Positions 24,446 through 36,295 of a stretch of DNA of 64,000 bases are shown one piece after another (position 1 is the first letter of the stretch; the number at the start of each line of letters is the position of its first letter). The DNA comes from Lama guanicoe (Eukaryota), in assembly GCA_013239625.1 (NCBI GenBank), contig MU054001.1, positions 434,001 through 498,000 of the forward strand, written 5' to 3'. The notes beneath the pieces are model-generated. The model was given only the letters and a program-made list of their open reading frames with translations, had not been told where the DNA came from and made no database searches. Both the position numbers and the translations under genes were made by a program.

Positions 24446-24572
24446 TGTTCTTCTCTCTCCCTCTCAGCCTCTCCTTACTGGGCCCTCCTTAGCCGTCAGG
24501 AGGGAAAAACTGCTTGGGCTCCTGTGCATAGCAGAGACATGTGGACAGTATATAAAACCTTTCTTTCCTCCA

Positions 24573-24752
24573 TTTTTTTTAACTGAAGTATAGTTGATTT
24601 AAATGTTGTGTTAGTTTCTGGTGTACAGCTTAGTGATTCAGTTATACATATACATATTCTTTTCCAATACAGATTACTACAAGGCGTTGAATATAGTTCC
24701 CTGTGCTATACAGCAGCACCTTGTTGTTTATCTATTCTGAACACAGTAGTTC
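24573..24752 (-). mobile_element. 5'-truncated L1 3' end (artiodactyl-type)
   Basis: Poly-T followed by aactgaagtatagttgattta...gttagtttctggtgtacagc...gtgattcagttatacata...atatagttccctgtgctatacagc. Confidence 0.9.
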
Positions 24753-24845
24753 TGCCAATCATTTGTTAAAATTCAGAGCCATCAAGTAAAAGAAGAAACT
24801 AAGAGCCCCGAATTCCACACCCTGAGGCCATCATTGTTAGTATTC

Positions 24846-25776
24846 TGTAAGTAAAGGGAATACTTAATTTACAATTTGCAAGTAAAGAAAACCTAACTCA
24901 AATAGCTTCAGACAAAAGGGATTTGATGAGCTCATGTGACCGAGATGTTCAGAGGAAGCTTGTCAGAGGCAGGCACAGCTGGCCCAGGTGCTAAATGATG
25001 CCATCAGGAGTATTAGTCAGCTCAGCCAATATCACAGACTGGGTGGCTTAAACAACAGAAATTTATTTTCTTACCGTTCCGGAGGCTGGAAGTCCAAGAT
25101 CAAGGTGCTGGCAGGGTTGGTTTCCCCTGAAGCCTCTCTCCTCGACTTGCAGATGGCCACCTTCTGTGTCCTCAAGTGGCCTTTTCCTCTGTGCATATAC
25201 ACTCATGGTATCTCTACCTCTTCTCATATGGATACAGGTCCTAACAAATTAGAACTCCACTACTATAACTTGGTTTAACTTTAATCACTTCTTTAAAGGC
25301 CTTATCTCCAAATAGTCGCACCAGGGGTTAGGACTTCAACATATGAATTTTGAGGGGGCCACAATTTTGTCCAGAACATCAAGGATCTACCGTTCTCCAT
25401 CTTCAATCTGATTTTCCTCTGTGTGGCTTCATCCTTTGGCAGGAACGATGTCCACCAGCAACTCTAGGCTGACATCCTAATTCTTTATCTATAACAGAAA
25501 GAGAACACCTCTGTCTGTCTCCATGGCTCCCACAAAGATCCCAGGAGACAATTTGTTCGGTCCAGACTGGGTCATGTGACCACTCCTGAACCAACTACTG
25601 TGTTCTGATTGGGCAGGCCTGTGCCACTTGTTCACACTGGTTCCTGGGAATTGAGTCAGCCACATGAAAGCACAGGGCCTGAAAAGCACCCCAGTTCCCC
25701 AAAAGAAATTGGGGTGCTTTTTCCAACTGGAGGGTACATGGATGCTGGATAGACAAAACAACTCATGTCCATTACA
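24846..25776 (-). mobile_element. MaLR MLT1J-like LTR interrupted by a younger MLT1 LTR
   Basis: ttgcaagtaaagaaaacctaactcaaatagctt...gatgccatcagg resumes at 25379 and runs to gggtcatgtgaccactcctgaacca...gatgctggatagacaaaac...tgtccattaca. Confidence 0.8.
25009..25378 (-). mobile_element. MaLR MLT1A/B-like solo LTR nested in MLT1J; TSD tcagg/tcaag
   Basis: acagactgggtggcttaaacaacagaaatttattttc...ggaggctggaagtccaagatcaaggtgctggcagggttgg...ggggttaggacttcaacatatgaatttt. Confidence 0.9.
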
Positions 25777-26697
25777 CACTTTGAATATAATCATATAAAA
25801 ATATATTTTCCCCCCATATATGGTCAAAGTGTCAGGGAGCTGGGAGGGATACAGACGCTCACCATCCATTCAAATGCCAGTTTTTCAGCTGTTGTTTTAC
25901 AGTTTTATAAGCTATACCCTGTGATTTCTCCCACAGGTGGTTTTGCCCTCCAGCCCCCACTTCCAGCCCCACTACATGGGCCACCCCCTGAAAATTCAAT
26001 TTCCCAACAGACATGATCCCTCTAGAAAGAATCAAGGTGACGTCAGATCCTGACAAAGCAGAAACCTCAGGAAAGAGACATTGGGCCTCAAAGACTTTGA
26101 AAAGGAAAACAGCATCAAATACTATCTGCCACCAAATAGAAGGTGATCACTGCAACCAGGGGAAGATTAGGATCCAGTGCTGCCCCTTTTCTGACTCTAC
26201 TCTCTGATCCCCAGCAGCCCCACCTGAAGAGGAAGAGCTCTTACCTTGGGTCTCAACTCCTGATCTCCTGAAGTCAGCATCCTGATTTTCCTTTGTAAAC
26301 TCACTCGTCTCCCTCTGAGGCATATTTGGGTGTAAACACAAATGCAGGGGTATACCACACTATACGGAAATCAGTCCTCTACCCTCCCCTCTGCAGCAGG
26401 TGGTCAGGTGTGGGATCCAGATGTGGCCAGTCAGAAGCTCTCACGGGGGCTTTGTTCACGGAGCCAGTGACGCAAGCCCTGAAGACACGGGTGGCCTGTC
26501 TCGTGACCAGGCCACTCCTACTGTGACCCCGTGGCTGTGCTGGCTGCTCCCTAGGCTTCCAGAGCAGCCTCGCCACAACCCCAACTGGTGATTTCTCGAC
26601 GTCCTGCCCCTAAGATTCCTAATACTAGTCTCTTTCTGTTATAGCCCAAGGACCTCAACTAATCAGCATTTTAAGAGCCCTTTCAATTCTAAAGTAG

Positions 26698-27093
26698 TGT
26701 GAGAAAACAGCAGCGCCAGAGGCGGCTCCGGACCTACAACTCCACGTCCTCCACTTCCTCTGGGCTACACCGCTGGATTGTATCCCAGCGTCCTTAGCAG
26801 TTAGGCGAGACCATGTGACTAAGTTCTCGCCAATGAGATGTGCGTATTCTGTGACGTGATCATTCTTTGATGTGCGTCACTTCCTGGCCCCGCCCACAGA
26901 GCCTCCGTGCAATTCTCCACAGAGAAGACAGGAGAGGACGGACGTCCTGGAGACTGGCAAGGCCATGAGATGTAAGGTTCATCCTCATCCCCACTCCTTG
27001 CCACCATTTTGACTTCACACGAGTGAGAAATGGAGTGTGACGGCCTCAAGCCATAGAGACTCTGAGTGTTGTTATGGGCCTTATACGTATACA
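26698..27093 (+). mobile_element. MaLR MLT1 (H2/I-like) solo LTR, unusually CpG-rich
   Basis: tcccagcgtccttagcagttaggcgagaccatgtgactaagttctcgccaatgagatgtg...cacttcctggccc...caagccatagagactctgagtgttgtta...tataca follows the MLT1H/I layout with TG...CA ends. Confidence 0.75.
26798..26896. promoter_or_regulatory. Candidate core promoter: CCAAT, CRE, CRE-ETS composite and GC box
   Basis: CCAAT 26830-34; TGACGTGA 26852-59; TGCGTCACTTCCTG 26873-86; GGCCCCGCCCA 26886-96; MYB-type CAGTTA 26798-803; 15 CpG counted in 26701-26945. Confidence 0.55.
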
Positions 27094-28261
27094 GTAATGC
27101 TCCCAGTAAAGGGTCCTGTGTCTTCAAGTTGGCAGAGAAGACGTGCATCGAAGCCAAGAAGTGACCACCAGCTGCTGCTTCCCTTGTTGGCCAGAGAGGC
27201 CAGCTCCCCCGAACCAAGGGCCAGGCCACGTCTCCTATAACACAGAAGAGGCTTGATTAGGAAGGAGACACAGCTGGAGGTGAGTCATGCTGGGGCTGTT
27301 CCTTTATTGCTCCTTCAAGTATAACTTCCAATTACATTAAGAGTGAATTTTCATCAGGGACCTGGGGATTTTGAAGTGACTTTTGGATGTTCTGGAGCCA
27401 TCCCCTCAGAGTTCACTGACTGGGCTCCTTTTCCCAAAGCACTCTGGGAAGATCCTTCCCGGAGTAAAGGAGCAGATGTTGATTTGCATATATGCATGTT
27501 TCTGGCCTCTGATGAGATTAGGAGGTGCATTTTTAATCAAAGCCTCCAGCGAGGCTGGGCCCTGGGAGGCAGACTCGAGGGGGGAAGAGGAAATGTCACA
27601 GCAAAGAGGGTGTGGGCCTGGGAGAAAGGGACACTCAGCGCTGAGCCTTGTTTATAAAATCGGAGAGGGGCTGGCGGGGCTCTGTGGCTGGTAAACAGGG
27701 CTGAAGATGGAGGATAGACTTGGAACTGAGGACATGTGCCCCAGCCCCACTAGCTGTCTGTAAACCCTTGGACAAGTTCTGGCTTCTCTCTGAGGTTCAG
27801 TGGACCCTATAATATGGAGGGTTGGGGGTGATACTTTTGGACCCACTAACTTTTCCAGGTTATTGTGAAATGAATGAATAAATTTTCATGGACAGGAAAT
27901 TTGCAAGTATTTTGTCCTAATTATGCAGATGAGAGGAATTATCTCCTGACAGGGTTGTGAGCAGGGAGCCCTACCCTCCCTAACCCCTGGGCCCCTAAGC
28001 CTGCAGAAGGGGCTGCAGATCCAAGTCCAAGGGGTCAAGGGTTCTGTCCTAGAGGGAAGCATCCTTTTCTCACCATGATGCTCCACTTAGAGGCTGGTGT
28101 AGGGTGGAAACTGCTACGGCCCTTCAGGTGAATAGGGATGCCTTGCTTTTTTTGGAAGAGGATTTTTAGACATGATTCCCAGGTGAAATCTGTACTCCTC
28201 GAGGTGTCTCATTCCCGAAGTAGAATACTCCGAAGTCTTTAAAAACGATGAGCTACGTCTA

Positions 28262-28890
28262 CATGTATTCCTTGAACACATCAGGACCTCAGAACCTTTG
28301 CACTGACTGTTCCCTCTACCTGAAATACTGTTCCCTTGTTTACTCCTCACTTTGATCCATGTCTCTCCTTGAATGGAGGTAACATTCACAGAGGCAACCT
28401 GACCATCTTGGCTTTCCTGCCCATCCTCGTTTCAGCAACTCTTTTCCATTACTTTCCTCTAGCCCAGGGCTTCTCTGAACTATTGATATTTTGCACTGGA
28501 TAATTCTTTGCTGTGGAGGCTGTCCTGTGCATTTTAGAATGTTTAGCATTTCTTGGCTGTACCCATTAGATGTCAGTAGCACCTACCCTCCAGAGGTTAT
28601 GAGAATCGAAAATGTCTCCAGACATCATCAAATGTGTCCTGGGGGCAAAGCCTTCCCAGCTGAGAACCAGCAGTCCAATCTGTTCTATTTTCTGTATAGG
28701 GCTTGGCACTACCTGAAATATATTTTACATGTTTTTCTGATCATTTGTTTATCATCCATTTCCCCCGCTGAAATGTGAGGTCTGCTCAGGCAGGGACCCT
28801 GTCTTACCTTGTTCACCAGGGTGGTCCCAGGCTCAGAGTAGCACCTGACATGTCAAGGAGCCCAGTGAATGCTTGTTGAATAAATAAGCA
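28262..28890 (+). mobile_element. L2 LINE 3' region interrupted by MER20
   Basis: cctcagaacctttgcactgactgttccctctacctgaaat ... gaaatgtgaggtc...ggcagggaccctgtcttaccttgttcacc...tgttgaataaataa. Confidence 0.85.
28465..28672 (-). mobile_element. MER20 (hAT-Charlie MITE)
   Basis: actattgatattttgcactggataattctttgctgtggaggctgtcctgtgcattttagaatgtttagca...aaatgtctccagacat...tgagaacca; ctctagcc target-like flank. Confidence 0.92.
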
Positions 28891-29189
28891 AGTGAGAAAA
28901 AAAAGCAGCAGCTTCAGCGAGCGTGTGTGGTAGGATCCCTTTAATGTCTGTGTGCACGTGTGTAACAAGATGCAGAGAGCTGTGTTCTTGTGGCAGCTGG
29001 TGCAAAAAGCCTTTCAGGGAGAGGCCAGGCTCCACCTGAATGGCACCATTCCTCACAAATCCTCTTTGAGTGTCCCTGTGGCCTCTCAAGGCCAGCTCCC
29101 ACCTGGGCTTCTGAACAGGATTGAAATTGCTCTTCGTGAGACAAATACACAACTTCTGCTGGTTCTGACCACATTCACAATAAAAATTA

Positions 29190-29580
29190 ATGTGCATGTG
29201 ATGAAATGCAGAGATCCTACAGGACCTACACCCCATACCTCTCTGACTATCATCTCCTTTATTCTCCCCCTTGTAAACTCTGCCCCTGCCACACTGGCCT
29301 CCTTGGTATTCCTGGAACACTCCAAGCACACGCTGCCTCAGGGCATTTGCACTTGCTGTTGCCTCTCTATGAAACACTCTTATACTTCTTACATGGGTAA
29401 TTTTCATGATTTGCACCCTTCCCAACTCCTTTAAGTGTCTACTCCAAAGTTGCCTTTTCAGGGAGGCCTTTCCTGACCGTCTGATTTATTTAATGCCTGT
29501 ATTATCTGTCTTCCCCTGGAGAGTGTCATCTTCTCCAGGCAGGAGCTCTTGATGGTTTCATTCACATAGATTGTTGCTTG
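29190..29580 (+). mobile_element. L2 LINE fragment
   Basis: gccacactggcctccttggtattcctggaacactccaagcacacgctgcctcagggcatttgcacttgctgtt...cagggaggcctttcctgacc. Confidence 0.85.
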
Positions 29581-29680
29581 GCATGTTCTTGGTCATGTGT
29601 GGGTGTGCATAGGTGCATGGGTATGACTTATTTAACACTGTGACACCAGGGCGGAAAACAGTGGCTGGCACACAGGTGGG

Positions 29681-30140
29681 TGTTTAGGCGGGGTTCCCCA
29701 AGGCAGACCCTGAGACAGAGTAGGGTGAAAGTGATGCATTAGGAAGCATTTCTAGGAACAATTTATAGGGAGTAGGGAAACAGGACAGGGAAGGGAAGGA
29801 GGCCAAGAGAGGGTGCCTATCAAGCAAAGTCCTACAGAGGGGACCTTGGGCTGGAGATAGCACGGGTCATGTGTTTGAGCTGTCCTGCATGGGAGTTGAG
29901 GGGGTGAAGCCTTTACACCCCACAGCCATCAAGCTGCTCTAGAAAGATGTACCAGGTACTTCCGGCTATCTGCTCATGCAGGCAAAGCATGTTCTAGCAA
30001 CTTGAGAGCAGCCCACCAACAAAAAGACTCAGGGCTGGCTGTTAGGATAGACGGCATAGCCAGAGCGGGACTCCAGTGTGCAGCAAGAGGAGGAAGGGAT
30101 CCCAGGGGCTTGTGGGTGGAACTCTGACAGTGTTGCTACA
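29681..30140 (-). mobile_element. ERVL LTR16-like solo LTR
   Basis: tgtttaggcggggttccccaaggcagaccctgagacag...gacagggaagggaaggaggccaa...gacagtgttgctaca; it splits an L2 tail. Confidence 0.8.
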
Positions 30141-32299
30141 ACAGGCATGCTCCCTGAGTGTTGAATAAATCCTCCAGGCTAGCTCACATGCAACTGGAAC
30201 ATCCTTGTAGCTAAAGAAATGACTTTGGTCTATGCTACCACACTTCATCCCTTGTACCTCACAACTTGTACTAAATTTGAGGATGCTGGGACCTGGCTGC
30301 AGAGCTTGGCCTGGGCTAAATGAATGGGCCTGTGCCGGACACCCACATCCCCGCTCCCTGAGGCCCGGGCAGAGCTGCTCCAGTTTAAGGCTAGTTCGTC
30401 TGCTTTGCATCCTGAGGTTAAGCCTGCAGAGGATCCTGTCACCGGAACAGACCTCATTTTCATCTGCTTCCTCTGCTGCAGCTCAAGTAAATTTCTGGTT
30501 TGTCCTCTCACTCCTCTCTGCCGCTGCAGAGGCCAGGCCCTCTGCCTGGAATGCCCTCTTTACCATTCTCCACCTTGAAATACACTCTCCACCTTCCCTT
30601 CCTTCCTTCCTCCCCCTCTTCCTTCCTTCCGCTCAAATAGCACTTCTGGAGTGAGTGAAACCGCCCTGCCCCCAGCTTTGATCACACAGGGCTGTGCTTG
30701 TTGGTCTTCCTGTTTGGGCAGCAACTGTGACTCTGTCTCTCTGGTCCCCCAGTGCCTGCTCGGTGCTTGGCTTCTAGGACATGCGAGACAGATGCTTAAT
30801 AGGTGAACACATCAACCAACTACCAAAAAAGATCAGAGGCAGGAGAGATGCCATTTAAACCTTACCCCTTCTCCATGGCACCTTCTCCCACCCTACGTGG
30901 ACCTGGGATTGAGCATTCGGAGACTGTCTGGCCTCTAAGGTTGCACTAAGGACCCTCCTTTTTACGGACCCTCCTCTCTGGTACCTCTATTCTGTTTCCC
31001 TCACCCCAGCTTCCCTCCTTTCGGCTCCCCCTCTCCCTGGTTCCCTTCCTCCCAGGGGTCTGCTCTGGTTTCCCAATCCCTAGGGCCTCAGGGATTCTCT
31101 CCACTTGATTTCCTTCCCCAGAAACTTCTGGAACCAGCTCAAACTCCAGTGCCCCAAGAGTTAACCACCTCAAACTCAGCTCACACCATTCACTGTCAAA
31201 TGGATTTCTCGGGCCAGCCAGAGTGCCGGGAGCCTGGGCCGAGCTGGGTCGAGTGGAGGTTTATTTTTCTGCTGACTACCATCTCCCAGCTGAGTCTCGT
31301 TCCCAGGACAAAACTCCGGCCCCGGTTTCCCTGGCTCTCTCTCTCTCCGTATAAAAACAACTTTATCTCTAAAGAGCAAATAACACCCAGCGCTCATAAC
31401 AGATGCCAAGAACTGTTTCTGTTTTGATTTTTGAAAATAAAAATTCAACTGTGTTCAATAAAATTCAGAAGCCGCTTCCCTCTGTGGAAATTAAAGGAAT
31501 CCAAGACGCCGGAGAAGCCACCGACCTTCCTAATTAAAGCTGCAGCAACGGCGGGAATCCGCTTCCTACAACCAGCCCGCTCTTGCTGAGCAGAGAACAA
31601 AGCCGACCCCCATCAATATTTCATTCTCTCTTTTCTTCCACGATAACAATGCTGTGTGTTCTGAGTGCGCCCCCCAAAAAAGACATGCAGAGCTATGTTA
31701 ATTAGGGTTTAAATAATTGACGCCCCAGATCTCGCTGTGTTTCCAGAAGTGTGCAAGATGGGTTGTTGGCTCAGCTCATAATTGCATCTGTTTGCAGTCA
31801 CAGTCTCTGTCCGTCTGTCCAGTTTGGCAGGTCTCGACATATGGAAAGACTAACTCCAGTTCCCAGAAATTGCTTCCATCCTGAGGTTTTGGGTGCTATT
31901 TTGCTTTGAGTTGTAGACTGGAGTCTGATAAGATGTGTTAACTTGGGGCCTACTCAGAGGAAGGGTCCCCTGCACCTCTTCCTATCCTGGCCAGGCACCA
32001 GGCCACCCCCCAGGCCTCTGACCCCATTCTGGGCACACACTCTGGATACCTGACATGCAGGAAGGTTATAGCAAATAGTCTTTCGGTGGAAGGAAGGGAG
32101 GGAGGGAGACAGGGAGGATGAAAGGGAAGGATGCAGAGAAGGAAGGAGAAAGGACAGATGGATGGATGAGTTTGTCCTGTGGGTCCATGGTGATTTACCT
32201 CCTCCTAGATGGGACATTTAAAACAGGGGAGATAGTCTATCTGTAGATCCTTATGTGTGGACAGTACCTTAGTGCTTTGTTCTATAAACAGCAATGAGA

Positions 32300-32520
32300 G
32301 GAACTGTGATGTGGCGGTGAAGAGCATGAACTTTGGGCCAGACTATCAAAGTTTGAATCCCAGCTCTGCCACTTATTATATATATGCTGAATACTTGGAG
32401 AAGGTTCTTGGCCTCTCTGAGCCTGTTTCCTCATCTGTAAAATGAGGATAACAGTAGTACCTATGTCATAGGGTTACATATGTTTACATCAAGTATAAAC
32501 CACTATCACTATTCCAGCTG
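32300..32520 (+). mobile_element. MIR SINE
   Basis: gtttgaatcccagctctgccactta...ctctctgagcctgtttcctcatctgtaaaatgaggataacagtagtacct. Confidence 0.9.
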
Positions 32521-34399
32521 TTCATTACAAAGGATTGAATTTCAGGCAGTGCAGCAAAGCAAAGAGAGTGAGGGAGAGATCTCTGGGGGGACATCCAGTG
32601 ACTCCAAGACATAAAGGCATAAAGACAGCCAAGGCAGAGTTCCAGTGGGTAGAAAGGGGACGAAGGCTGCTGATCACTGTGCTAAAGACATACTGAGCAA
32701 GGCTCTCTTGGCTGCTGGGAGGACTAGCAAACCCACTGTGTCTTCGTGGGGCTCTGTACCCATTCCCTCTTCTTTCAGTAACTGTTCTCTTTTGAAGAAG
32801 AACCCGACCTTGCCCATCTCCACGCAGTCCTTGTTGGATTAACACTTGTCTCAAGCCAGGTCCTGTAACCCTAGATGGCACCTAAAGGGGAAAAAGCTCT
32901 CTTTGTGCACTGGGGTTGGGAAACCCTCAGGGAGGCGGCATGGCTGTCAGCTTGTTACTCACAGGGAGAGCCTGCCAGAGGGTGAGGCCAACACAGAGTA
33001 GAGCAGGGCTGAGAGATGGAGTGAGAGTCAGTGTTCTTAAATGTGTTCCGCTTCTCCAAATCTCAGGTTCCTCCGCCTATAACTGAAGAGCCCTGAAGGA
33101 TGTACCCACCTTCCTTCCTCCTACCTGCCCAGCCCTGGCCCTGGCCGAGCCTCCCTACGTCCACCCCACACATCTGCTGGGACCGGTTTGTCTAACCTCC
33201 AGAAACCTGGCCTTTCTTGACCCCTTGCGGTGTCCATTAAGCAAACATTCATCTTTAGACCCTAGAATAGCAGATAAAGGATAAACGTTGTGCCTGGGTC
33301 TGAGAGGTGCACTAGCCCAGCTAGGGAAATTGACACACTCAAGGTCCTACCCCAGGGCCTTTGCCTGTGCTGAACCTCAGCCAGGAATGTCATCTCCCAT
33401 GTACCTAATGAAACCTTCCCTGCTCTTTCAGGTCCATCTGAGATGCCACTTGCTCCAGGAGCCCTTCTGTGATGCCCCCTTGTGAAGTTCTCCCTCCTCT
33501 GGTCTGTCCTCTCCTAAGACGCTTAGCAGGTCATCTTGTTGCTGTGTGTGTGTCTGTTTCTTCTCCCCAGCTGGGAGTCTGAGGAGAGGAGGGCATTTCC
33601 TTGCCCGCCAGGGGTCCCCCGATGCCCCACAGTACAAATGAGACATCCATCCCCAATTTGAGGTCCCTCCATCTTTCTTGTCTCAGTTTGGTTGTTTTGG
33701 CCTCTGAGGACACATTCAGAGGTGGGTTATTCTCCCATTTCTGCACACTGTTCTAGGATTTCCAATCAGACCTGCCTTTGACACCGTCGTGAGTCTGGAA
33801 GGGCTGCTACAAGTTATGGAGTCCATTCTCCTGCCTACTTACCTGGCAGGCAGACTCTAGGGATGATCAGAACAGAAAGTTTATCCTCAGGGGCCCAGAA
33901 ACTCGGCAGCTGGGCTCCCCACAACTCTGCTCTTGAACTTGCTGGGTGACAGGGCTTCCCAGAGCCACATGGTGTAGGTGAGATGTGCTTCTCTCAGCTC
34001 AACCCCGCCTGGAACAGGCCCCGGGGAAGCTTCTGGCCATCCAGCTCTACCAGCCAGTCTGCTCCTCTTGGGCTCACAAGCTGACAGACACGCCCTGCCA
34101 CGTGCTCAGTGTATGGAAGGGAAACTGAGGCCTGGGGCAGTACATGCCCATGGTGGTCACCTCCCTGGCAGGGGGGTGCCAGGAAGATGGAGCCAGGCAG
34201 GACCACACTGACCAATGGATCCTTCTTGTCTGGGACAAAGCAACTGAGGCTTGTAGGCCAACATCTGGAAGGGGCCCCAGGCAACCCTCTGGATCTCCCA
34301 CAATGGGCATTTCTGCACAACTGGACCCCCAAGAACCATAGGCTGACACAACTGAGCCCTCATGCAGTGCTAGGCCATTGAAGGGCTTTGTAGTCATTA

Positions 34400-34785
34400 C
34401 ATCACTGTGTATTCACAACACTATATGAGATGGACCTCTCACTATCCCCATTGTATTGACAAGGAAACTGAGGCTCAGAGAGGTGACAGGACCTACCCAA
34501 GGTCACAGTTTTAGCAAGCTGCTGAGCTGGTATCTGAACACAGTTGTCTGACCCACATGCCCCACCCTTCCAGGCTGCATTTGAGCTGGACTCTTCCACC
34601 CTCATTGACATCTTGTCCTTTGGGATCTTCACAAAGAGCCCTGTGTGCAGTGGAGATGAGCATCCCCATTCTATAGATGAGGGAACTGTGAGACCCAGAG
34701 AGGGACAGTGACTTATCCAGAGACACACAGCAAGTCAGGGGTACAGCTGGGGCTTGAACACAGGACTCCAGATGCCCAGGGCCAG
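34400..34785 (-). mobile_element. Two tandem MIR SINEs
   Basis: tatccccattgtattgacaaggaaactgaggctcagagaggtgac and catccccattctatagatgagggaactgtgagacccagagagg. Confidence 0.85.
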
Positions 34786-35321
34786 CCTTGTGTTCTCCAC
34801 CTGGCAGCTGCAGGAATCACAGCCTCTGGCTTCTCCCGTAATGGCCACTGTTCTCTCCAAGGTCACTCACAAGTGGTCTCTTTGTTCCTAAATCTAATGA
34901 GATATCAGTTAGTTGGTTTGGAGCCTTGACAGCACATGACAGTGCTCATGCCTTGGTCCTCCCTCAAGCATGCCTTTCCCTGACACCTTGCTCTGTGGTC
35001 CCCCCCCCCTTTCTGGCTGATCCTTCTCAGCATCTTCCAAAGTACCTTTCTCAGTCCAGGCCCTAATGGGCCAAGTTCCTCAGGGCTTTGTCCTTTCTTT
35101 TGCTCTGCTCTCCCCTCCCCTCTTCTCTCCCCCCATTCCCTTTAACCCTCTTTCTGGACACTTGCATGAACCCCCATGGACCCACTAACCAATACTAGGC
35201 CAATATAGACTCAGACCCCTCACCTGAACCTCAGATTTGTCTATCTCACTGCTCATCTGGTGACACCACCCAGGTGTCTGTCCTATAACCACTTCCACTC
35301 AGCACATTACAAGCAGAACTT

Positions 35322-35570
35322 TGTGAGGTGGTTCAGACCACACACTCTAGAGCCAGGCTGGCTGTGTTCAAATCCTGGCCCTGGTACTTGCTGGCTGTGC
35401 AGCCTTGGGCCAGGGACTTAGCCACTCTGTGCCTCAGTTTCTCCATCTGTAAAATGGGAATAATGATAGTACCTGTCTCATTAGGTTGTAGGGAGGATTA
35501 AAAGACTATATAGGGAAAGTACCTTGGAACAGCCCTGGATCAGAGTGAATGTTACATGGATTTTTCTATT
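35322..35570 (+). mobile_element. Near full-length MIR SINE
   Basis: ctctagagccaggctggctgtgttcaaatcctggcc...ctctgtgcctcagtttctccatctgtaaaatgggaataatgatagtacct. Confidence 0.92.
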
Positions 35571-36034
35571 GTGTTTCCTCTTCCCCACAACCTGCCCCTT
35601 TCTCAGCCTTCCCCTCTCAGCAAAGGGCACCACCATCCACCCTGGAACCCGAATCTCTTCCTGCAGCCCCTTCCTCATGGCTGCACGTGTCATCACCCAA
35701 TGCTGTGCATTCCCCCTGCTGAATATTTTTCAAAAATGTCCCCTTCTCACCTTCCCACAGCCACCTTCCAGATCCTCATTCCCTCCCCTCTCCCCTCGGC
35801 TGGCCTCTGGTGTTGGCCCCTTCCATCTGCCCCCACTCAGAAGCCAGGGTGGTCTTCTGAAGTGTCAGTCTGAGCATGTCATTGCCCCCAGGATCAAGTC
35901 CCAGTGTCTGAGTGTGACCTCCACAGCCCCTCACCATTAGCTTTGCTGATGCCCACTCCTCACCTCCTATTCTCCTGGCCACCTGCTTAATGCCAGGGCC
36001 TTTGGACATGCTGCTCCATCCAGCTGAAACCTGC

Positions 36035-36295
36035 TTTCTCCTCCCATGCCCTCCCCAACCCTTCTTCCTCCTCCCACTCCTCCTCCTCTCTCCCCCTCCT
36101 CCCACCCCTGAGATGGGAAGGTTGATTCTGGAAGCTGTAGACCTGAGGTCTTTGCTCCCTTTCCTCCCCCAGCTCCCCTTCTTCCTCCCCCTCCTCCTTC
36201 CCTCCCCTCTCTTCCTCCTTTTCTCCTCCTCCTCTTCACCCTCCCCTTCCTCCCCTCTGGAGCCTCCCTGGCTCTTCCCCGACTCCTCTCCCTTT
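36035..36295. repeat. Polypyrimidine (CCT/CT-rich) low-complexity tract
   Basis: Directly visible; it explains the Pro/Ser/Leu-rich and Gly/Arg-rich ORFs here. Confidence 0.9.

Noticed and set aside
28853..29434. Overlapping 190-aa and 160-aa ORFs
   Set aside because: They lie largely in an L2 remnant, are open on both strands and resemble no protein I recognise.
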